A stretch of DNA of 64,000 nucleotides from Polyangiales bacterium (GTDB lineage: Bacteria; Myxococcota_A; Polyangia; Polyangiales; JADJQN01), in contig CAXNJO010000006.1 of NCBI GenBank assembly GCA_964202905.1, forward strand, positions 256,001-320,000. The letters run 5' to 3'. The position numbers were made by a program, and so were the translations under genes. Shown here piece by piece: positions 31,132 to 40,958 of the stretch (within the stretch, counting starts at the first letter, position 1; every line of letters starts with the position of its first letter). The notes below the pieces were generated by a model. That model saw nothing but the letters and a program-made list of their open reading frames with translations, had not been told where the DNA came from and ran no database searches.

Positions 31132-32757
31132 TCAGGGCGCAGCGGGCGGGGCGCCCGCGGGGGCCGCGGGCATCTCGTCGACGACGAGGTGGTTCTCGCC
31201 CGTCGCGGTCGAGACCGCGAAGCCGAAGCTCTCGTCCCCGGTCGGGCGCACGACGTCCGGGAAGTGGAACCACGCCGCCTGCGCGCGCTCGGGCGTGAGG
31301 TCGAGCACGTAGTAGCCGCGCTGCCAGAGGTTCCACGCCTTCGCGTGGGGCGCGGCGCTGCGGATGCGTCCGTCGAGCGTGCCCGCGATGCCGCGGCTGA
31401 GGCCTGGCGAGGTGATGCCCGGCGCGACGAGCTCGACGGCGAGCGAGCCGCGGCCCGTCGCCGGATCGTACGTCGCGGGGTTCGTCGGCTCGCGCGCGAG
31501 GTCGGCGGCGATCGACATGTGGATGTCGCCCGTGAGCACGACGACGTCATCGAGGCCGTTGGTCTCGATCGTGTCGAAGAAGCGCGTGCGCGCGGCGGGG
31601 TAGCCATCCCACGCATCGGTGTTGAAGAGCAGCGGGAAGGGCGCGACGACGACCTGCTGCGCGACGAGCTTCCAGCGCGCGCTCGTGGTCGTGAGGCGCT
31701 CGAACGCGAACGTCTCCTGATCGGCGCCGAGGAGCTGGCGCGCCGGCTCGTTCACCGCCGGGTCACCCATGCCCGAGGCCTGTTCTTCGCGACCCCAGCG
31801 GCGTGAGTCGAGCACGACGATCTCGGCGAGGTCGCCGTACGTGAACGCGCGCCAGATCTTCGCGGCGTCGCTCTGGTCGCGCAGCGGCATCCACTCGGCG
31901 TAGGCCTGCGCGGCCGCGGCCTTGCGCGCGGCGTAGTCGCCTTCGCTCGCCTGGTGGTTCTCGGCGCCGTCGCGCCAGGCGTCGTTGGTGATCTCGTGGT
32001 CGTCCCACGTCGTGATCCACGGGTGCTGGCGGTGCGCCTCACGGAGATCCGCGTCGAGGCGGTAGTGGGCGTAGCGGCGGCGGTAGTCGTCGAGCGAGAC
32101 GATCTCGGTCGGCGGATCGTAGTCGCGCACGGTGCCGTAGCTGCCGCTGGCGTACTCGTAGATGTAGTCGCCGAGGTGCAGGACCGCGTCGAGGTCGAGG
32201 CGCCGCGCGATCTCGCGGTAGCCGAGGAAGTAGCCGTGCGCGTAGCTCGAGCAGGAGGCGACGGCGAAGCGCAGGCGCGAGACGCTGCCCGAGGGCGCCG
32301 TCTTCGTGCGGCCGACCGGGGAGAGGTCGCTGCCCGCGCGGAAGCGGTAGTAGTAGGTCGTCGCGGCGGAGAGGCCGGTGGCGTCGACCTTCACGGTGAA
32401 GTCGCGCGCGGCGCGCGTCGTGAAGCTGCCGCTCGCGACGAGCGTCGCGAAGCCCGCGTCCGGCGCGACCTCCCACGCGACCATCACGTCGCCGGCGCTC
32501 GCCGGGTCGGCGGGCGTGTAGCGCGTCCAGAGGATGACCGCGTCGGCGAGGGGATCGCCGCTCGCGACGCCGTGGCGGAAGGGGCCGGTGGGCGGAGGCG
32601 GGCCCGCGTCGGGCTCGCCGGCGTCGGGCGCGCCGCCGTCCGCGGGGCCCGCGTCGGGCATCGGGGGCGCGGCGTCGTCGTCGCCACAGCCGGGAATCGT
32701 GGCGGCGAGACTGAGCGCGCCGGCGGCCTTCAGGATGTTGCGGCGGGTAATCGTCAT
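31132..32757 (-). CDS. phoD: Alkaline phosphatase D (Tat-exported, likely lipoprotein)
   Basis: TRRNILK Tat motif, FRHGVASGDP, HLGDYIYEY, WDDHE, DAWDGY, TGDIH. Confidence 0.93.
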   Translation of the reverse strand: MTITRRNILKAAGALSLAATIPGCGDDDAAPPMPDAGPADGGAPDAGEPDAGPPPPTGPFRHGVASGDPLADAVILWTRYTPADPASAGDVMVAWEVAPDAGFATLVASGSFTTRAARDFTVKVDATGLSAATTYYYRFRAGSDLSPVGRTKTAPSGSVSRLRFAVASCSSYAHGYFLGYREIARRLDLDAVLHLGDYIYEYASGSYGTVRDYDPPTEIVSLDDYRRRYAHYRLDADLREAHRQHPWITTWDDHEITNDAWRDGAENHQASEGDYAARKAAAAQAYAEWMPLRDQSDAAKIWRAFTYGDLAEIVVLDSRRWGREEQASGMGDPAVNEPARQLLGADQETFAFERLTTTSARWKLVAQQVVVAPFPLLFNTDAWDGYPAARTRFFDTIETNGLDDVVVLTGDIHMSIAADLAREPTNPATYDPATGRGSLAVELVAPGITSPGLSRGIAGTLDGRIRSAAPHAKAWNLWQRGYYVLDLTPERAQAAWFHFPDVVRPTGDESFGFAVSTATGENHLVVDEMPAAPAGAPPAAP

Positions 32758-32903
32758 GGGCCGCGATTGTGAACACAACGCGCGCGTTTGGGAACGGTGC
32801 GGCGACGCCGTGGCAGAGCCGTCACCGATCATGTCCCAGACGTCGTCCGCGCGGCGCGCCAGCGAAAAGCGACGCGCCAGTGGAATCGGGCGAGCGGCGT
32901 CGT

Positions 32904-33830
32904 TCAGACGCCGACCGGGTGCCAGACCGTCTTCATCTCGAGGAAACGCTCGACGAAGCCGAGGCCCTGCCCCGCGCGCTCGTCGCGGAGCGCCGCGATC
33001 GCGGGCGCGCCGTGCGTCTTCACGCGCTTCACGCTGCCGGCGCCCTCGCGCTCGACGAGCGTGCGCAGGTCGGTGTCCGCCGTCCACGCGTCGAGCGCCT
33101 GGACCTCGCGGTGACGCGCGAGTTGCGGCGCGAGCTCGCTCGCGCGGCCCGTGAGCACGTTGACGACGCCGCCCGGCAGGTCGCTCGTCGCGAGGCACTC
33201 GCAGAAGACGATGGCGGTGCGTGGGTCGCGCTCGCCGGCGACGACGACGGCGGTGCTGCCCGTCACGATCGCGGGGAGGATGGTCGAGACGAGGCCGAGC
33301 AGCGCGGGCGACTCGGGCGCGACGATCGCCGCCAGGCCGACGGGCTCGGGGAGCGTGAAGCCGAAGTGCGGCCCGGCGACGGGGTTGTGCGACGCGACGA
33401 GCGCCGAGATCTTGTCCGCGAGCCCCGCGTACCAGAGCGCGCGATCGACGCTGAGCTCGACCTCCGCGGCCGCCTCCTGCGCGCTCGCGCCGGCGCGCAC
33501 GAGCGAGGTCGTCAGCTCGGCGCGGCGCGCCTCGAGCATCTCGGCGAGCCGGTAGAGGATCTGCCCGCGGTTGAAGGCCGTGCGTGCGCTCCAGCCGTGC
33601 AGCGCGCCCTTCGCGGCGAGCACGGCGTCGCGCACGTCCTTGCGCGAGCCGAGCGGGATGTTCACGACCTCGGTGTCCGCGCTCCCCGTCGTCATGCCGC
33701 TCACCTGGTAGTACCTGCCCGACTCCGAGCGGATGAACGCGCCGCCGACGTACATCTTGTACGCCCGCGGCACCGTCAGCCGCGCCCGCTGCGTGATCGA
33801 GCCCGCGCCCTCGTTCGCCTTGTTCGCCAT
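32904..33830 (-). CDS. Short aldehyde dehydrogenase-like protein lacking the catalytic domain
   Basis: YKMYVGGAFIRSESGR, RGQILYRLAEM, LPGGVVNVLTG, KTVWHPVG. No ELGGK or catalytic Cys. Confidence 0.85.
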   Translation of the reverse strand: MANKANEGAGSITQRARLTVPRAYKMYVGGAFIRSESGRYYQVSGMTTGSADTEVVNIPLGSRKDVRDAVLAAKGALHGWSARTAFNRGQILYRLAEMLEARRAELTTSLVRAGASAQEAAAEVELSVDRALWYAGLADKISALVASHNPVAGPHFGFTLPEPVGLAAIVAPESPALLGLVSTILPAIVTGSTAVVVAGERDPRTAIVFCECLATSDLPGGVVNVLTGRASELAPQLARHREVQALDAWTADTDLRTLVEREGAGSVKRVKTHGAPAIAALRDERAGQGLGFVERFLEMKTVWHPVGV

Positions 33831-33832
33831 GT

Positions 33833-35383
33833 TCAGCCGACCTCGACGTAGGCGGAGAGACCCTGGCGGCCGCCCTCGCGACCGAACCCGCTCTCCTTGT
33901 AGCCGCCGAACGGCGACGCGGGATCGAACTTGTTGAAGGTGTTGCCCCAGACGACGCCGGCCTGGAGGCGCTGCGCCATCCAGAAGAGCTTGGCGCCCTT
34001 GTCCGTCCACACCCCGGCGGAGAGGCCGTACATCGTGTTGTTCGCCTTCTCGATCGCCTCGTCCGGCGTGCGGAACGTGAGGACCGAGAGCACGGGCCCG
34101 AAGATCTCCTCGCGCGCGATGCGCGACGAGAGCGAGACGCCGGTGAAGAAGGTCGGCGGGAAGAAGAAGCCCTTCTTCGGGAGCGGGCAGGGCGAGGACC
34201 AGCGCTCGGCGCCCTCGGACTCGCCCGCGGCGACGAGCTCGCGGATCTTCTCGAGCTGCATCTTCGAGTTGATGGCGCCGACGTCGGTGTTCTTGTCGAG
34301 CGGATCGCCGACGCGCATCGTCGCGACGCGGTCACGCAGCTTGCGCACGACGACGTCGTGGACGCTCTCCTCGACGAGCAGCCGTGAGCCCGCGCAGCAG
34401 ACGTGGCCCTGGTTGAAGTAGATGCCGTTGACGATGCCCTCGACCGCCTGATCGAGCGGGGCGTCCGCGAACACGATGTTCGCGGCCTTGCCACCGAGCT
34501 CGAGCGTGAGGCGACGACCCGTGCCCGCGAGCTCGGCCTGGATGCGCTTGCCGACATCCGTCGAGCCGGTGAACGCGATCTTGTCGACGCCCTTGTGCGC
34601 GACGAGCGCCGCGCCCGTGGCGCGCGCACCGGTGACGATGTTGACGACGCCGGGCGGCAGATCGACCTCCTCGCAGATCTTCGCGAGCAGCAGCGCGGTG
34701 AGGGGCGTGGTCTCGGCGGGCTTGAGCACCACGGTGTTGCCGCACGCGAGGGCGGGCGCGATCTTCCACGCGGCCATCAGGAGCGGGAAGTTCCACGGGA
34801 TGATCTGCCCCGCGACGCCGAGCGGGCGGACCGGCCGGCCGTGGAAGGCGAGGTCGAGCTTGTCGGCCCAGCCCGCGTGATAGAAAAAGTGCGCCGAGGC
34901 CATCGGGACGTCGAAGTCGCGCGACTCCTTGATGGGCTTGCCGCCGTCCATCGTCTCGACGATCGCGAACTCGCGGGCCTTCTCCTGCAGGGCGCGCGCG
35001 ATGCGGTAGAGGTACTTCGCGCGTTCGCGGCCGGGGAGCTTCGACCAGACGTTCTCGTAGGCGCTGCGGGCCGCGCGCACGGCGGCGTCGACGTCGGCCG
35101 CGTCGGCCTCGGCGACCTCGGCGAGGACCTCCTCCGTCGCGGGGTTGATCGTCGGGAAGTACTTCTTCGAGAGCGGCGCGACCCAGCGGCCGCCGATGAA
35201 GAGCTCGTAGCGCTTCTGCAGGCGGACTTGCTCGGTCGACTCGGGCGAGGGCGCGTACTCCCAGAGCCCGCCCAGGCCGAGGCCGAGGTCGGGCGCGCCC
35301 TCCGCGGCGGTCGCAGCGGCGGGCTTCTTCGCGGGATTCGCGGGCTTGTTCGCGGTCTTCGTGGGCTTCTTGGGCGTGGCCAT
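33833..35383 (-). CDS. Aldehyde dehydrogenase (probably acetaldehyde-oxidising)
   Basis: IPWNFP, KPAE, FTGST, LELGGK, FNQGHVCCAG, EEIFGP, FGGYKESGFGREGG. Confidence 0.95.
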   Translation of the reverse strand: MATPKKPTKTANKPANPAKKPAAATAAEGAPDLGLGLGGLWEYAPSPESTEQVRLQKRYELFIGGRWVAPLSKKYFPTINPATEEVLAEVAEADAADVDAAVRAARSAYENVWSKLPGRERAKYLYRIARALQEKAREFAIVETMDGGKPIKESRDFDVPMASAHFFYHAGWADKLDLAFHGRPVRPLGVAGQIIPWNFPLLMAAWKIAPALACGNTVVLKPAETTPLTALLLAKICEEVDLPPGVVNIVTGARATGAALVAHKGVDKIAFTGSTDVGKRIQAELAGTGRRLTLELGGKAANIVFADAPLDQAVEGIVNGIYFNQGHVCCAGSRLLVEESVHDVVVRKLRDRVATMRVGDPLDKNTDVGAINSKMQLEKIRELVAAGESEGAERWSSPCPLPKKGFFFPPTFFTGVSLSSRIAREEIFGPVLSVLTFRTPDEAIEKANNTMYGLSAGVWTDKGAKLFWMAQRLQAGVVWGNTFNKFDPASPFGGYKESGFGREGGRQGLSAYVEVG

Positions 35384-35399
35384 GGGGTCCTTCGCGCGT

Positions 35400-36302
35400 T
35401 CAGTCTGCGGAGAAGTCGGCGCTGGCCTGGTAGAGGCCGGTGCGCTCCTTCTCCAGCTGCATGAGGACGTCGTTGAGGAGCGCGCTCGCTCCGAAGCGGA
35501 ACAGATCGGGGTCGAGCCAGGCGTCGCCCAGCGTCTCCTTCACGATCACGAGGTAGTGCAGGGCCTGCTTCGCGGTGCGCACGCCGCCCGCGGGCTTCAT
35601 GCCGATGCGCTTGCCCGTCGCGTAGTAGTGGTCGCGGATCGCCTCGAGCATCACGAGCGTGACGGCCGGGGTCGCGGCGGGCTGCACCTTGCCCGTCGAG
35701 GTCTTGATGAAGTCGGCGCCGGCGGCGATCGCGAGGTCCGAGGCGTGCCGCACGACGTCGTAGCTGCCGAGCTCGCCCGTCTCGAGGATGACCTTGAGGT
35801 GCGCGTGCGCGCAGGCCTCCTTCGTGGCGGCGATCTCGTCGTAGACCTTGCGGAAGTCGCCCGCGAGCATCGCGCCGCGGTCGATGACCATGTCGATCTC
35901 GTCGGCGCCGAACTCGACCGCGCGCCGCACGTCGTCGAGCTTGAGCGGCAGCGGCGAGAGCCCGCTCGGGAAGGCGGTCGCGACGCTCGCGATCTTCACA
36001 CTGCTGCCGCGCAGCGCCTGCTTCGCGACGGGCACGAGGTTCGGGTAGACGCAGACGGCGGCCGTCGGGCCGATCGACGGATCGCGCGCGAGCGGGAGCA
36101 GGGCCTTCGCGCAGAGGGCGCGCACCTTGCCGGGGGTGTCTTTCCCCTCGAGGGTGGTGAGGTCCATCATGCGGACCGAGAGCCGAAGCCCGGCGACCTT
36201 GGCCGCCTTCTTCAGCGAGCGTTTGGCGAGCGAGGCGGCGCGCTCCTCGACGGCGACCTGGTCGACGGCGACGTGCCTCGGGAGGCTGTCAGATGGGTGC
36301 AC
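35400..36302 (-). CDS. deoC: Deoxyribose-phosphate aldolase
   Basis: DLTTLEG, AAVCVYP, GADEIDMV, LKVILETGEL, FIKTSTGK, KPAGG, FRFGAS. Confidence 0.95.
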   Translation of the reverse strand: MHPSDSLPRHVAVDQVAVEERAASLAKRSLKKAAKVAGLRLSVRMMDLTTLEGKDTPGKVRALCAKALLPLARDPSIGPTAAVCVYPNLVPVAKQALRGSSVKIASVATAFPSGLSPLPLKLDDVRRAVEFGADEIDMVIDRGAMLAGDFRKVYDEIAATKEACAHAHLKVILETGELGSYDVVRHASDLAIAAGADFIKTSTGKVQPAATPAVTLVMLEAIRDHYYATGKRIGMKPAGGVRTAKQALHYLVIVKETLGDAWLDPDLFRFGASALLNDVLMQLEKERTGLYQASADFSAD

Positions 36303-36421
36303 GGCCGCGAGGCTATCATCGATGCGCGGGGGAATTTCGCGCTTTTTGCGTGCCGCGACGCCCGTGCGCGTGGACCGACGCGCCGCCGCGGACGGCGCCG
36401 TTCGCGCGGGGATCGGCGCGT

Positions 36422-37765
36422 TCAGTCCGCGAGCGCGGCGAGCGCGGTGCGTGCGACACGCAGCGCGTAGCGCGGGCGGTAGTGGTACGAGAGGTACGCC
36501 CACTCGCGGAGCGCGCGGATGCGCTCGGCCGTCAGGTGCGCGTGCGCGAAGGTCGGCTCCCAGCCCGTGTGCGACTCGGGCGCGGTGAGGCGCATGCGCG
36601 GGGCGGCGTGCTCGGCGAGGGTGGTGCCGGGGTACGGGGTCGCGACCGTGAACTGCACCGCGAAGGTGTCGAGGCGCTTGGCCCACGCGACCGACGCGCG
36701 GAACGTCGCCTCGTTGTCGTCCGGCAGGCCGAGCATGAAGTTCGCGACGACGCGCACGCCGACCGCGTGCGCCGCCCGGACGACACGCTCGATCTGCGCG
36801 GCCTCGGGCGGCTTGCGGTGCTCGCGCGCGAGCATCGCGCGGTCGACGCTCTCGACGCCGATCTCGAGCGAGCGGAGGCCCGCGCCGTGGAGCTCCGCGA
36901 GCAGGCCCGCGTCGAGCCGATCGGCGCGCATCTCGGCGCTGAACCGCACGCCGAGCGGACGCAGCCCGCGGGCGAGGGCGCGCACCCGCGCCGCGTCGAG
37001 GTTGAAGAGCGGATCGCGGAAGGCGATCGCGCGCGCGCCGAAGCGCTCCACGAGCGTCCGCACCTCGGCGACGATGCGGTCCGGGTCGCGCTCGCGGAAC
37101 GGCGCCGTCGCGCGCCACGGGCAGTAGCCGCAACCGAAGGCGCAGCCGCGCGCGCCGGCGACCGGGAGCGTGGTGCCGCGCGCGAGGAACGCGTAGCGGT
37201 AGCGCGCGATCGGGAAGGCGGACCAGTCGGGGAAGGGGAGCGCGTCGAGGTCCGCGACCCAGCCCGCCTCGACGATCCCGCGCAGCGACGGATCGAAGAG
37301 CGACGCGCCGAGCGCCTCGGGCTCGCCGCGCACCACGACGTCGGCGACGTCGGCGTAGAGCTGCGGCCGCGCGGTCGCGAAGGCGCCGTACGCGATCGTG
37401 CGCACGCCGCGCGCCGAGAGCTCGGCGAGCACGGCGCGCTCGGCCGTCGCGTCGACGATCGAGGTCTGCACGAGCGCGAGGTCGAGGTTGGATGGGACGG
37501 GATCGTGCCGCGCCACGCCGCGGCCGCCCGGAGGCGCGGGGATGCGCCGGAGCTCGCAGACGCGCACGGTGTGGCCCGCCGCGCGCGCGGCCTGGGCGAG
37601 GTGCCCGGCCGTGACGGGGGGCAGCTCCGCGACGTGGGTCTTCGCGCGCTCGAGCAGCCGCGCCGGGAGCGACGTGCCCACGCGGAACACGGTGCCGTAG
37701 CCGCCCGCGACGTCCTTCAGCGTGCACTCGGCGTGCGAGAAGACCGTGACGAGCGCGACCCGCAT
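36422..37765 (-). CDS. Radical SAM protein with N-terminal cobalamin-binding-like domain
   Basis: VVRGEPE, DLDALPFPDW, RGCAFGCGYC (CxxxCxxC), IGVES, TPYPGT. Confidence 0.88.
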   Translation of the reverse strand: MRVALVTVFSHAECTLKDVAGGYGTVFRVGTSLPARLLERAKTHVAELPPVTAGHLAQAARAAGHTVRVCELRRIPAPPGGRGVARHDPVPSNLDLALVQTSIVDATAERAVLAELSARGVRTIAYGAFATARPQLYADVADVVVRGEPEALGASLFDPSLRGIVEAGWVADLDALPFPDWSAFPIARYRYAFLARGTTLPVAGARGCAFGCGYCPWRATAPFRERDPDRIVAEVRTLVERFGARAIAFRDPLFNLDAARVRALARGLRPLGVRFSAEMRADRLDAGLLAELHGAGLRSLEIGVESVDRAMLAREHRKPPEAAQIERVVRAAHAVGVRVVANFMLGLPDDNEATFRASVAWAKRLDTFAVQFTVATPYPGTTLAEHAAPRMRLTAPESHTGWEPTFAHAHLTAERIRALREWAYLSYHYRPRYALRVARTALAALAD

Positions 37766-37949
37766 CGGACGGGTAGCCTAACGCGCGCGCCACGCCGCGC
37801 CACGCCTCGGCGTCGTTGACTTCGCGGGGGGCGGCTCGCAGCATCGCGCGGGCATGACGACGGCGCAGGCGCCCGCTCCCGTCCCACACACCGGGCCGCA
37901 CCGTGGCGCAGCGACGCGCGCTGCGCGGCGCGGGCCGGGGGCGTAGGCG

Positions 37950-39771
37950 GTGGCGAGGCCGCCGGATGCGCGCACGCAGCGCGACCTCGCGCAGGCCGGC
38001 GGGGCCCGGCGCGCGGGGCGCGTCGCGAGGCTGAGGCGCGTCGCTCCGCGCGCTCCTGCGCCGGGAGCCGCGCAGCGCACCCGCGTGGCTCGTGCTCGCG
38101 AAGACGCTCGCCGCGCAGGGGGATCCCGCGGGCGCCGAGGCGGGCTACGCGCGCGCCATCGCGCTCGACCCGGGCGGGCTCGAGCCGGGCGCGCTCGACG
38201 CGCGGGTCAACCTCGGCGTCGCGCTCGCCCGCCGGGGCGCCGCGCACGAGGCGGCCGAGCACCTGCGCGCCGCCGCGCGTCTGCAGCCGGAGCATCCGCT
38301 CGTGCTGCGCAACCTCGGGGGCGTGCTCCGCGCGACGGGCGCGCTCGAGGAGGCCGTCGAGGTGCTCTCTCGCGCGCTCGCGCTCGACGCGTCCGACCCG
38401 GGCGCGCACACCAACCTCGGGCTCGCGCTCTCGGCGCTCGGGCGGCACGCGCAGGCCGTGCCCCACCTCGAGCGTGCGGTCGCCCTCGCGCCGAACGAGC
38501 CCCTCTATCACGACAATCTCTTGTTGCTGATGCACTACGATTGCTCTTGCAGTGCAGATGCGATATTCGCCGCGCACCGCCGCTACGGGGCGGCGATGGC
38601 CGCGCACGTCGCCCAGCTCCCGCCTGCGCCCGCGGCCCCGCTCGCGGGGCGCCGCCTGCGCGTCGGCTTCGTCTCGGCCGATCTGCGGCGGCACTCGGTC
38701 GCCTTCTTTCTCGAGCCGCTGCTCGAGCACGCCGATCGCGCGCGCGTGTCGCTCCACGCGTACGCGTCGTCGCCCGTCGCGGACGAGGTGACCGCGCGCT
38801 TGCGGCCGCACTTCGACGTCTTCCGCGAGGTCGTCGCGCTCGACGACGCGGCGCTCGCCGCGCAGATCCGCGCCGACGCGATCGACGTGCTCGTCGACCT
38901 CGGCGGGCACACGCAGGGCAACCGTCTCGGCGTGTTCGCGCGGCGCCCGGCGCCGGTGCAGGTCACGTACCTCGGCTACCCGAACACGACGGGTCTCGCC
39001 GCGATGGATTGTCGGATCACCGACGCTTGGGCCGATCCGGGCGCCCGCGCGGACGCGCTGCACACCGAGCGCCTGCTGCGCCTCGAGACGGGCTTTCTCT
39101 GCTACCGCCCGCCCGCGGAGAGCCCCGACGTCGCGCCGCCGCCCTCGAGCCTCGGGCACCCACCCACGTTCGGCTCCTTCAACGCCCTCGCGAAGCTCTC
39201 GGAGCGGACGCTCGCGCTGTGGGGCCGCCTGCTGCGCGAGACCCCCGAGGCGCGCCTGCTGATCAAGCAGGGCTTCCTCTCGGATCCCGCGAGCCGCCAC
39301 GCCCTCGAGCGGCGCCTCGCGGCGCACGCGCTGCCGCTCGACCGCGTCGTCCTGCAGGGCCACGTGCCCGCGGTCGAGGGGCACCTCGCGGCCTACGCGC
39401 AGGTCGACGTCGCGCTCGACCCGTTTCCGTATCACGGCACGACGACCACGTGCGACGCGCTCTGGATGGGGGTGCCCGTCGTGACGCTCGCGGGCGACGC
39501 GCACGTCTCGCGGGTCGGCGTGAGCCTGCTCTCGCGGTTCGGCGCAGGGGCTCAGATCGCCGAGACGGACGACGCCTACGTCGCGAGCGCGCGCGCGCTG
39601 CTGCGCGACGAGGCGCAGCGGGTGGCGCTGCGGGCGAGCGCCCGGGTGAGGCTCGCCGAGGCGGGGATCACGGGCGGCGCGTCCGTCGCGCGTGCGCTCG
39701 AAGAGGCGCTCCGGGCGGCCTTCGAAGCGCACCTGCGCGGCACGGTGCTGTCGGCGGCGCCGGGCGCGTGA
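37950..39771 (+). CDS. TPR-containing GT41 (SPINDLY/O-GlcNAc transferase-like) glycosyltransferase; 5' end has indels at ~38025-38040
   Basis: TPRs, VGFVSADLRRHSVAFF, DLGGHT, APVQVTYLGYPNTTG, FGSFN, DPFPYHGTTTTCDALWMGVP. The TPR reading continues upstream of GTG 38092 across frameshifts, so the start is uncertain. Confidence 0.88.
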
Positions 39772-39789
39772 TAGATCGCGGCCCGCTCG

Positions 39790-40893
39790 ATGTCCGACGC
39801 GCGCGAACCCACGACCCCCGCATCGCGTCGCCGGCCGAGCGGCCTGCTCGTCGCCGCGCTCGTGGTGGCGCTCGTCGCGGGCGCCGCGGTCCTGCTCGCG
39901 GGCCGCGCGCTGCCGGGCTGGGAGACGCTCGAGCCGGAGCTCCGTGATCGCGGGGACGTCCTCTTCGTCGGCGGCGAAGACCTCGAGCGCCTCGCGAGCG
40001 GTCGCACGCGAGCGCGCCGCGCCGCGCAGGTCCCGGGGGCCGCGGCGGCGCTCGCCGGGCGTGACGGGCGCGCGCTCTCGGACGCCCTGCGCGCAGCGGG
40101 GATCGCGCGCGTCGTCGTCGACGCCCGCGGGACGGGCGCGTCGGTTGGGTCCGGCGTGGGGCGCGGGCAGCCGGTCGCCGAGCGGCTCCGTGCGCTCGGG
40201 CACGTCGACGGGCTCGCGGCGCGGCTCCTGTCGCCGGTCGCGGGGGTCTACGAGCCGGTCGAGCCGCACGGCGTCTCGCCGCAACTCGGGGATGCGATGG
40301 CGCGCGTCGCGCGTGAGCTGCTGGTCGGGGCGCGGGCCCCGCGGATCGGCTCGTTCCCGGAGTCGGTGCGGCGCGCGCGCGGATTCGTCGAGGTGTTGTT
40401 GATCGTGCGCGAGGGTGGCACCGCGAAGCTCTGGCGTTCGGCGCGCAGCGCGTCGATCGCGCGGGGACTGCTGACGGCGGCGCAAGCGGCGCGCGCGCGC
40501 TGGGGCGAGCGCGAGCAGGCGCTCGGCGGCCCGATCGAGAGCGCGCTCGCGCGCTGCGACGTCGAGCTCGCGCTCCTCGAGGAGGACGGCACGCTCGCGG
40601 AGGGCGCGGCGCCGTTCGTGGATCGCGTGGTCACAACCGTGCACGGCGTCGGCTACGAGCGGCGCGGCGCGTGGCGCTACCACCTCCCCGAGCAGGCGCA
40701 TCGGCGTGCCCGCGCCACGGGGACCCGCGCGTTCGGCGCGCTCTTCGACGAGCACGGCGTCGCGCGGAGCGAGGGATTCGCGAGGCGCAACGTGCGCCTC
40801 TACCGGCTGGTGGTGACGCGCCTCGGCCGCTCGGGGGCGCCGGCGACGAGCGGCCTCGCGGAGCCCGGCGGGGCCCCGCCCGCGGCGCGCTGA
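39790..40893 (+). CDS. Membrane-anchored hypothetical protein with degenerate AMMECR1-like C-terminal domain
   Basis: N-terminal TM. DVELALL...HGVGYER...YHLPEQ...LF..HG...RLYRL resembles the AMMECR1 pattern (by eye). Confidence 0.55.
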   Translation: MSDAREPTTPASRRRPSGLLVAALVVALVAGAAVLLAGRALPGWETLEPELRDRGDVLFVGGEDLERLASGRTRARRAAQVPGAAAALAGRDGRALSDALRAAGIARVVVDARGTGASVGSGVGRGQPVAERLRALGHVDGLAARLLSPVAGVYEPVEPHGVSPQLGDAMARVARELLVGARAPRIGSFPESVRRARGFVEVLLIVREGGTAKLWRSARSASIARGLLTAAQAARARWGEREQALGGPIESALARCDVELALLEEDGTLAEGAAPFVDRVVTTVHGVGYERRGAWRYHLPEQAHRRARATGTRAFGALFDEHGVARSEGFARRNVRLYRLVVTRLGRSGAPATSGLAEPGGAPPAAR

Positions 40894-40958
40894 CGGCACG
40901 GCGTGCGCGGTGTGCGGCGCGCCCCGCGGGTGGCGCGATCGTGATATTTCTGTGCCCG

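Noticed and set aside
32770..32860. Pho box upstream of phoD
   Set aside because: The GTCA-like half sites do not show convincing 11-bp periodicity.
31132..37901. Apparent long N-terminal fusions on PhoD (1165 aa) and DeoC (833 aa) in the ORF track
   Set aside because: The extensions are off-frame readings of upstream genes. The true starts are at 32757 and about 36302.
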